Shown here: in pieces, positions 22,023 to 31,000 of the stretch
How the letters are laid out: every line of letters starts with the position of its first letter
Numbering within the stretch: position 1 is the first letter of the stretch
Origin: Bacteroidales bacterium
Lineage (GTDB): Bacteria; Bacteroidota; Bacteroidia; Bacteroidales; CAIWKO01
Direction of reading: 5' to 3'
Length of the DNA: 64,000 bases
Assembly (NCBI GenBank): GCA_035389045.1
Contig: DAOORA010000015.1
Coordinates: forward strand, 1-64,000
The notes under the pieces: model-generated
Told to the model about the DNA's origin: nothing
Seen by the model: the letters and a program-made list of their open reading frames with translations, nothing else
Databases searched by the model: none
Position numbers and translations under genes: made by a program

Positions 22023-23261
22023 CTATTTTATAATTAATTTTTTTACAATAGTTTTATTGCCAAAACCAGTTACAAAATAATAAACACCCACAGAGAATAA
22101 GGAATGTTCAACTGTGATCAGTTGCGAAGTTCTTTCCAAATCTACCCGCTTTACACATTTACCAGATGCATCGTAAATAGCCAGGGAAATATCCTTATTT
22201 CGAGGTTTCACTATAGAAATATTTACATCGGTATTTGATGGGTTGGGATAGATTTTGACTTCTTCAATTTGCTTTTCATCCGGCAGATACCAGCCTGTAA
22301 TACTTGGTGTGAATTCCCAAAAGTCGTTCTGGTAAGTAGTTGAATATCCTATGCCGGTATAACCTTTTCCATTAATCGAAAAACCAGCTGCAGCATATCT
22401 CGCTGCACCTGGAAAAGTCTGCATACTAGTCCAGGTATCCTGGTCTGGATCATATTCCCATACTTCCTGAGAGTTAATTCCTAAATTTACCTTTCTGCCA
22501 GTAACAACATATCCCCGGCCGTTCATGGTGAAATAGCTTTCCCAAGTTAGCCCGCTTGCAGGGAAATTATTTTTCTGTGTCCATGAATCCTGAGAAGGAT
22601 TATACTGCCAAACGTCATTTAATTGTGTTGTGCCCGACATAATTCCCATACCGACATAACCATACTCACCCAGGCTGAACTGAAATCCGCTTTTACGCCC
22701 CGGGCCCGGATAATTGCTTTTCTGAGTCCACGTATCTGTCAACGGATTATATTCCCAAAAATCATATAAAAAATTATTATTTTCATCAAAACCTATCCCA
22801 AAATATCCTTTACCACAACATTCAAATGCAAAACCTGCGTGACGGCCAGTCCCCGGAAAATTATTCAACGGGGTCCAGATGTTTGTTGCCGGATCATATT
22901 TCCAGACATCATTGTAAGCAGTATAATCCAGTGGGGCGCCTGTCCAGTAAACTCCGCTTACAATATAGACAATATTATGTATAACAAAGGTATGGGTTTG
23001 GGGCCTTTGGCCTCCGGGGAAATTGGCTTTCTGTATCCATGCATTTGTAGACGGGTCGTACTCTACAAGATCCACCGTGTTGGGCACTCCGTTGCTGGCT
23101 CCGAAAATAAAATAACCCTTATCAGCAATGGAAAACCCATTGCCATAATATCGTGCCGTCAGAGGGTAACTCGCTTTTTGTGTCCAACTGCCCTGCGAAA
23201 AACATGGTAAACTGGCAATTAATATATAAACCAGGAATAAAAATATATTTATTTTCATCAT
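22023..23261 (-). CDS. Kelch-repeat protein with T9SS type A CTD
   Basis: Six YDP/YNP..W blades; IYPNPS...GVYYF..KKLIIK CTD. Confidence 0.88.
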   Translation of the reverse strand: MMKINIFLFLVYILIASLPCFSQGSWTQKASYPLTARYYGNGFSIADKGYFIFGASNGVPNTVDLVEYDPSTNAWIQKANFPGGQRPQTHTFVIHNIVYIVSGVYWTGAPLDYTAYNDVWKYDPATNIWTPLNNFPGTGRHAGFAFECCGKGYFGIGFDENNNFLYDFWEYNPLTDTWTQKSNYPGPGRKSGFQFSLGEYGYVGMGIMSGTTQLNDVWQYNPSQDSWTQKNNFPASGLTWESYFTMNGRGYVVTGRKVNLGINSQEVWEYDPDQDTWTSMQTFPGAARYAAAGFSINGKGYTGIGYSTTYQNDFWEFTPSITGWYLPDEKQIEEVKIYPNPSNTDVNISIVKPRNKDISLAIYDASGKCVKRVDLERTSQLITVEHSLFSVGVYYFVTGFGNKTIVKKLIIK

Positions 23262-23480
23262 TGTGAAATTTTGGTAAATAATCTATTTGCAAACCAATAT
23301 GAATTTTTTCTCTGATCTTATGGACTCAGGCAAATATTGTATTTGTATCTGCTTTCTTTCTTTTCTAAATAAAATCAAGTTGCTGATTGTTAAAATACAT
23401 GTGTTCGAAGAAAACGATTTACAGGGAAATTTAAAATAAGTAATTATAAAAATGTGACACGTTTTATTGAAAATAGGAAA

Positions 23481-24623
23481 TCAAATATCCGATTTTTTCA
23501 CACCAAACACGCCCAATGCTTTATAAATTTTGAAGAAGAGTTTATAATAAAAGGAATTGAAGTACGACGGGTAATCGTGGAATGTTTTGGGTGGCTCATT
23601 CATGATCCGGTCAAAGGATTCGCGGGTAAGATTGAATTTGTTGATCACATATTCTTCTTCCGAACGGGCCATTTCATCGCTGATGGCCGGAGTTTTCATT
23701 TCTTCAAGGGCTTCTTCGCGGGTTATCTGGCCGGCCATGATCAGGCTCGACAGGTGGGCTCTTCTTTTATCGAATCCAAATTTTTTGGGCAACAGGTACG
23801 ACTGGTAAAAATGTGTGTAAACCGATTCGTGGTGTTTGCCCCCGTAATCTTCCCAGCTAAGTTCACTGATGAGCAGCTTTTTTGCCTGTTCTTTGGCATA
23901 GTCGGTATAGTTCAGGATGCTGATATATTTAATCTTACGGATTACGATATAATAAAACAGGCGCAGAATACCGAAATGCGGAAAAGTTTTTAAGCGGGCA
24001 GAGCCGAATTTTTTTTGAAGGGAACTAATGTATTTCCAGTCGCTGTGCCCCTGCGACCATGCTTTGGGCAGTATGGATTCCGAAGTAATATTGGTTCCGG
24101 CAAGGATATATTTTACATGGTGCTTAGCGGCAATTTTATAGAGAAGCGCCGTGATGGCGTGGTCGGAAGGCACTTCCGAGTCTGGCGTGGAGGCTTTCAG
24201 AAATGACAGCTGCAAGTCTTTGAATTCTTCCCAGTCAATCACGTATGTATACAGGTCAATATTCAGTTTTTTGAGAGTTTTTTCAATGTTGGTAACGGCA
24301 ATCCTCGAATTCCAGCCGTTATCCAGATGAACTGCCAGGGGGTTCAGGCCGTTTTTGCGGACAAAATATGCCGCATAGGTACTGTCGACGCCACCGCTTA
24401 CGCCAATGATACAATCGTATTTTTTATTTTTACCTTCTGCTTTTATTTTATTCACCAGGGTTTTCAGGCTTCTTTCTTTTTCTTCACTGTTCAGTGAAAC
24501 AGGAGGGGTGTTGAGAAGTTTCATTGCCTTGGCGCAGTGGTTGCAGTAACCGTTTTCATCGAAAACAATTTCCGGATCGGATGTATCCATGATACATCGT
24601 TTGCATATCTTATATTCCTGCAT
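23481..24623 (-). CDS. N-acetyl sugar amidotransferase (WbuX/PseA-like)
   Basis: CKRC/CNHC, PP-loop SGGVDS, HLDNGWN, YGGKHHES, DKRRAHLS. Confidence 0.9.
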   Translation of the reverse strand: MQEYKICKRCIMDTSDPEIVFDENGYCNHCAKAMKLLNTPPVSLNSEEKERSLKTLVNKIKAEGKNKKYDCIIGVSGGVDSTYAAYFVRKNGLNPLAVHLDNGWNSRIAVTNIEKTLKKLNIDLYTYVIDWEEFKDLQLSFLKASTPDSEVPSDHAITALLYKIAAKHHVKYILAGTNITSESILPKAWSQGHSDWKYISSLQKKFGSARLKTFPHFGILRLFYYIVIRKIKYISILNYTDYAKEQAKKLLISELSWEDYGGKHHESVYTHFYQSYLLPKKFGFDKRRAHLSSLIMAGQITREEALEEMKTPAISDEMARSEEEYVINKFNLTRESFDRIMNEPPKTFHDYPSYFNSFYYKLFFKIYKALGVFGVKKSDI

Positions 24624-24696
24624 AGTAATGAGTTTTTGCTTTTATCCTGTGTACAAAATAAGTTAAAAATATTCTGATTTCAGCATTTGAATTCAT

Positions 24697-25641
24697 TTAA
24701 ATGCTGTTTGTTGTTAGTGTTCCCTTCTTTTTTTTCCTGTTGTTGTTTCTCCCGTTCGAATAGTTAGCGATAAACACACCGGCTAAAATCAATGCGATCC
24801 AAAAAACATAGAAGGGTTCGAATGCTTCTCCGTCTGCCACGCCCCAGAAAACGGCCACCAGGGGTATCAGATAGGTGATCGAGGCTGCAAAAAGCACACC
24901 TCCTTTTTTTATCAGGATATTATGAAGTATGACAGCTATACCCGAGCCCACCACTCCCAGAATGGCAATGTAACCTAAGCCTGTCAACGCTCCCGGATTT
25001 TTGGTCAACAACGTTATAAAATTGGTGGCAAAAAATAAAATGCAGATGACCGGAATCCCGATGATCAGAAAAGCAAAAGCTGTGATGGTAGTGGCATCGG
25101 TGTCTGCAAGGTATTTCCTGACAATATTAAGGTTTATACCGTAAAGAATGGTTGCTATTATAATGTAGATGCCATAACTAAAATTAAATTCCAGGGTTTT
25201 ATGTCCGCTGATGCTCATCAGGCCTATGGTTCCGGCCAGCCCGATAAACACTCCGGCTATATTGAGCCATTTGGCCTGATAGCTGAAAAACAGTATGCCT
25301 ATGACTAATGTAAACAAGGGGGTGAGGGAGTTCAATATGCCTGCCAGCGAGCTATCAATGCCTGTCTGGGCTTTTGCAAAAAGAAAGGCGGGAATGCCGT
25401 TTCCCACAATACCTGTTATGGCGATGTAAAGGAGTTTTTTCCGGTTGATTTTTTTCGCGGATCGGACAGCAAAAGGAAACAAAAAGATACATGCAAAAGC
25501 AATGCGAAGCAGAGCAAGCTGGCCAGCGGAGTAATGTTCAAGCCCGCGTTTCATCAGGATGAATGAACTTCCCCATACCAACATCAGGAGCAAAAGAATC
25601 CCCCAGTTTGTCAAGGTGGCGCCGTATTTTTTTTTGACCAT
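24697..25641 (-). CDS. DMT/EamA family transporter
   Basis: WGSSFIL, GILNSLTPLF; ten-TM pattern. Confidence 0.9.
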   Translation of the reverse strand: MVKKKYGATLTNWGILLLLMLVWGSSFILMKRGLEHYSAGQLALLRIAFACIFLFPFAVRSAKKINRKKLLYIAITGIVGNGIPAFLFAKAQTGIDSSLAGILNSLTPLFTLVIGILFFSYQAKWLNIAGVFIGLAGTIGLMSISGHKTLEFNFSYGIYIIIATILYGINLNIVRKYLADTDATTITAFAFLIIGIPVICILFFATNFITLLTKNPGALTGLGYIAILGVVGSGIAVILHNILIKKGGVLFAASITYLIPLVAVFWGVADGEAFEPFYVFWIALILAGVFIANYSNGRNNNRKKKKGTLTTNSI

Positions 25642-25747
25642 TTACTGATACTTGAAAACTATCCTTTATGCGCTAAAAGATCTTTTCAGGTCTTTATTAT
25701 GAATGACTGATTCTTTTGGAGTCAGAATAACAGGACGAATCCACATC

Positions 25748-27712
25748 TTATTTTTTCTTTACCGGGTAACCCTGCCGTTTTGCCATATTTTCCAGTCTTT
25801 TCTGGAAACCGGAGACTTTCACGGGCTTTTTCTTGTGTTCCTGTATGCGGGCATGGATCTTATCTTCATTGACAAATTTCCTGAACAGGAACATCTGCAG
25901 GAAGGTGATCAGGTTGGCCAGCAGGTAATAATAACTCAATCCGGAAGCAAAGTCATTAAAAAACCCAAGAAACATAACCGGCATGGCATACATTATAAAT
26001 TTCATTCCCGGCTGCGACTGTGTGCCCATCATCTGATTGTTAAGCTTGGTGTATAAGATGGTGGAAATCGTCATCAGCAGGCAGAACAAGCTCACGTGGT
26101 CGCCATAAAACGGGATACTGAATCCACCGGGGAAGTCCCAGACCGAATCATAGGACGACAGGTCATTAGCCCAGAGAAAGGGTTGTTGTCTTAATTCGAT
26201 AGAGGCAGGGAAGAAGCGGTACAGTGCAATAAGTATAGGCATTTGCAGTAGCATAGGCACACAACCTGACATGGGATTGATACCGGCTTTCTTGTATAAA
26301 GCCATGGTGGCCTGCTGTTTTTTCATGGCGTCTTCCTTTTTCGGAAATTTCTGGCCGATCTCATCTACCTCTGGTTTCAACACCCTCATGCGCGCCGATG
26401 ACATATATGTCTTATAGGCAATAGGTAATAAAACTATTTTTAATAATATGGTCAGAATTAATATGATAATGCCATAATTGATACCATAACTTTCGAGCCA
26501 GTTGAATACCGGTATGACTGCAAGCCTGTTGATCCAGTGAAGCAGGAAAAAACCCCAGCCCAGCGGTATTTGCCGTTCAAGGCCAAGGTCATAGGAGTTG
26601 AGGATTTTATATTTGGTTGGTCCGAAATACATCGACATGGGGTAGCTTTGTTCCGGGCCTTTATCGTAGGGAAAAGTGATGGATGCGGACAGTGTTTTAA
26701 GATAACCGGGAAAAAGGGTATCCTTTTGCTGGACAATCTCTAAAGAAGCTTCTTTAAAACTGGCATCGGATAACAGGGTAGAAGAAAAAAACTGTTGTTT
26801 GAAAGATACCCATTTGATGTTGTGGAGTTTATCTTTCTTGTCGTCACTATTTTCTTTCAGGTAATCAACTTTATCCTCGGCAGGTTTAAAATAAATGTTG
26901 GTGTTCATCAGTTCGTTTTTGAGGCTTTTTTCCTGTTGGGTAAGGTCAAGCTTCCAGTCGAATGCGAGATAAGTGGAGTTTTCGTCGATCACATCCTGCA
27001 TGTTAACGATGTTTATATCAAAGCCCATCATATAATTATCAGCCCGCAGTGTATACAGAAATTCAATATATTTTCCTGTGTTTTTTGCTGAGTCTGAGCC
27101 ATTGGGATGGAGGCGAAGTGCGAAACTCACTGAATCGCTGCCGCTGATCACAATGGAATCTTTTCCTGAAAAGCGTTTATCAGTGCAGTAAGGCTCAAAA
27201 GATAGCCCGGAAGTGTTAATGTCTTTATAACCAGAGAGAAATGTCAATGAGAAGTTTGAGGTATCTGTGTCGAAAAGTATCAAAGGCTTTCCGTCATGCG
27301 TTTTGTATGTTTTCAGTTCAACCGATGATATACCTCCGCCGAGCGATGAGAGTTTGATCTTTACCAATGAATCTTCAAGAATAAAATGCTTTTTTGTGCC
27401 TTTGGCGGAAACGGAGAATTTTCCGAATTTTTTATTTAACTCATTGATGGTGTCGCTGATAGTTCCTTTTACCGTATCATCAGGCTGAGTCATACTGAGG
27501 GAGTCCTGTTTTATTTTATTAATACTATCTGATTTTCCTTTGGCGATAGAGTCCTGGTGTATCTGAAGGTTTTTCTGTGCCCAAGCGGCGGAATCTTTTT
27601 TGAACTTTGCCAGCCTTTCTTCTTTTGACGGAGCTGTAAGCAAACTATAACCTATTAATATCCCAAAGATCAGCAGTAATCCGATAATTGTATTTACAGT
27701 ACCTTTATTCAT
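25748..27712 (-). CDS. yidC: Membrane protein insertase YidC
   Basis: NYGIIILILT, GCVPMLLQMP, FLWANDLS, SGLSYYY. Confidence 0.96.
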   Translation of the reverse strand: MNKGTVNTIIGLLLIFGILIGYSLLTAPSKEERLAKFKKDSAAWAQKNLQIHQDSIAKGKSDSINKIKQDSLSMTQPDDTVKGTISDTINELNKKFGKFSVSAKGTKKHFILEDSLVKIKLSSLGGGISSVELKTYKTHDGKPLILFDTDTSNFSLTFLSGYKDINTSGLSFEPYCTDKRFSGKDSIVISGSDSVSFALRLHPNGSDSAKNTGKYIEFLYTLRADNYMMGFDINIVNMQDVIDENSTYLAFDWKLDLTQQEKSLKNELMNTNIYFKPAEDKVDYLKENSDDKKDKLHNIKWVSFKQQFFSSTLLSDASFKEASLEIVQQKDTLFPGYLKTLSASITFPYDKGPEQSYPMSMYFGPTKYKILNSYDLGLERQIPLGWGFFLLHWINRLAVIPVFNWLESYGINYGIIILILTILLKIVLLPIAYKTYMSSARMRVLKPEVDEIGQKFPKKEDAMKKQQATMALYKKAGINPMSGCVPMLLQMPILIALYRFFPASIELRQQPFLWANDLSSYDSVWDFPGGFSIPFYGDHVSLFCLLMTISTILYTKLNNQMMGTQSQPGMKFIMYAMPVMFLGFFNDFASGLSYYYLLANLITFLQMFLFRKFVNEDKIHARIQEHKKKPVKVSGFQKRLENMAKRQGYPVKKK

Positions 27713-28059
27713 GTGTTGAATTGCTTAAAATGAAGTGCAAAGATAATTAAAAATTAAACCTTTTTTCTTCCCGGAAATTATTTGAAAAAAACATGTCCGG
27801 TCTTCCTCACCGTTTATGATTCTTTCATCATTAAAGCTTATGCAACAATATTGCATGTTATTATATGATTTGAAAAAAGACCCGGCCTGTCAATTGTGTT
27901 AAGATGTTTATCTATTTTATTATTGTTATTTGTCATTGTTTTTTCTTTTTTCGTATTTAATATATCTTTGTGTTAATCTACTGTTAAAGATATTTCTAAA
28001 CATTGTTATGTATCGTCTGTTTATTTATATTTGTAAAAAAAATCACTATTATTCAAATA

Positions 28060-31000
28060 ATGCTTAAACCCATGAATATAATAAAATCAATTATTGTTGC
28101 AACTCTGTCGGTTCTGGTTTGTGATACCTTTGCCCAGGTTGAATTAAAACTGAATACGGCCAAAAATGAACTGACCGTACTCGAAAAAAGCCCGTATAAA
28201 TTAAAGGCCAAAGCTTCTATTGACAAGCTGAAAATGATGAATGTATCAACGGTATCGGGTAATTTTATAGAACTTGGTTGTTCCGGATTTACCAAAATAT
28301 ATGACCCCGGAAAGCCGCAGTTGCCCGTATTGAATAAATTAATAGAAGTTCCGTATGGTGCAGATATTCAGGTAAATATTATCAGTTACAATGAACAGGT
28401 CATTGAACTGGCCGGCAAAGGGATCGTACAGAAAATCATGCCTTCGCAACCCAGTATTTCAAAAAATATCAGCCTGACAGATGTTCCATTCTATTACGAT
28501 CAGGCATTTTATCAGACCAATGCTTTTAATTCGAATGATATGGTTACTGTGAGCATGGCGGGCACGATTCGTGGTGTTAAGATGGCACAAATGTCCCTGG
28601 CGCCTTTCAGGTATAATCCTGTGACCAATGTACTGAAAGTATATAACGACATTGTTTTTGAGATTGTATTCAATCATCCCGATGTGGTGCTTACCGAGCA
28701 GATGAAATCTAAGTACTATTCTCCTTATTTTGAGTCTTCGCTGAACAGTATGATCAATCATACCCAGCCGGCAGCTAAAGATGCACTTACCAAATATCCG
28801 GTAAAATATGTGATCATATCCCTGACTACTTTCCAGCAGGCATTACAGCCGTTTGTATACTGGAAAAGACAAAAAGGGTTCAATGTAATAGAACAATATT
28901 ATTCTTCAGCGCCCACCACGGCAACGGTCAAGACCTATTTACAGGGGCTTTACGATGCCGGAACCCCCGCTGATCCGGCTCCTACATTTGTCCTGCTGGT
29001 TGGCGATGTGGCTCAAATACCGACCTATACAGGTGTCGCTGACAACGCTCATAAAACCGATTTGTATTTCTGTACCCTGGATGGCAGTGGTGATTATATT
29101 CCCGATATGTATTATGGCAGATTCAGCGCCACAACCACCACCCATGTGACCAACCAGGTAAATAAAACGCTGTTGTACGAAAAATACCTCATGCCAACAG
29201 CTACGTATATGGATACGGTTGTTATGGTTGCCGGCTACGACAGTTATGGAAATGATGCCACTTATGGCAATGGGCAGATCAATTACGGAACAACAAATTA
29301 TTTCAATGCCTCTCATGGGATTTATTCGTATACCTACCTGGATCCTAATAATACCGAAGCCATTGCAGGGGCTGCCATGAGGGCCAACTTATACAAAGGT
29401 GTCGGCTATGCCAATTATACGGCACATTGCAGTTCATCGGGCTGGGCTACACCTGCTTTTTCGACTAGCCAGATCGCAAGCATGTACAACAACAACAAAT
29501 ACGGCCTTTTGGTGGGAAACTGTTGCCAGTCGAATACGTTCTATGATCCGGAATGTTTTGGAGAAGCATTGCTCAGGGCATATGCGAACAAAGGCGCTGT
29601 GGGGTATATTGGCGCATCAGATTATTCCTATTGGGATGAAGATTATTACTGGGGCGTAGGAGCCCGCAGTTCTATCTCAGCAAACCCTACATATTCAGCA
29701 AGCGCGCTGGGTTCGTATGATTGTATTTTTCACGATAAGGGCCAGCCCAAAACTTCATGGTATTATACCAACGATCAGATGCGCTATGCCGGATTACTTG
29801 CCGTACAGCAGAGTTCTTCCACCATGAAGCAGTATTATTGGGAAGAATATCACCTGATGGGAGATCCTTCCGTGATGAATTACTTTTCGGTGCCCGATCC
29901 CATGACTGTTACTTATACGAGCCCTCAAAATGCAGGCGTCAGTTCACTGGTGGTCAATACCGTGGAAGATGCTTACGTGGCCATCTCTCATGCCGGTGTT
30001 TTGCTGGATGCCGAACTTGCTCCTGTTGGCGGTGTTACCACCCTGAATTTTAGCCCCATCAACCAGGCCGACACCCTCGATGTTGTTGTTACCAAGCAAA
30101 ACAAGCAGCCCTACATCGGGACGTTGATCGTTGTCAACGCCAGTATTCCTCTGGATGCCGAACTGGTAAGTATTAACAGTCCTGATGTCTCATACAACTG
30201 CGGAGGCATAAGTGTTGTCCCTCAGGTTACCGTGCGTAATGCCGGCACGACAACACTCACCAGTTTCCGGCTTACGTACCAGATCACCGGGGGCAGCCAG
30301 CAGATATACAACTGGAGCGGCAGCCTGGCTAGTAACCAGACGGTCAATATCAACCTGCCGGCTATTACGCTTCCTTCGGTATCGTTTACGTTTTCAGCGG
30401 CAACTTCACTGCCCAACGGGTCTGCCGATCAGAATCCATCAAACGACAGCAAAACCAAAGCCATCACCGTAAACAATTTTGTTGTCAGCGCTGATTTCAG
30501 CGGAAACCAGACAACCTCATGCAATGCCCCGCTTTCGGTTGTGTTCACCAACAGCAGCAGTAATGCGACTTCATATTTATGGGATTTTGGCGACGGAAGC
30601 ACCAGCACTGATGCCAGTCCTACGCATAATTATACATCTCTGGGAACTTATACTGTAGTGTTGACTGCTTCGGCAGGTGTCTGCGGCTCCGATACCGAAA
30701 CAAAAACAGCTTATATTACGGTCGGATCCGATGCGCCTGTCGGAACCAATGCTTCCCGTTGCGGCGCCGGAAGTGTAATCCTGAATGTCAGCGGCAGCGG
30801 TACATTGAACTGGTACGATGCGCTCAGCGGAGGTAACCTGCTCACTACCGGCACCGCCTATGTAACACCGAATTTAACTGCTACCACCTCTTATTTTGTC
30901 GAGAGTGTGATACCCGGCACCACTTCATATACCGGCCTGACAAACGTAATCCTGGCCAACACCAGCAATATTAACGCCGAACAGGGGCTGGTGTTTACGG

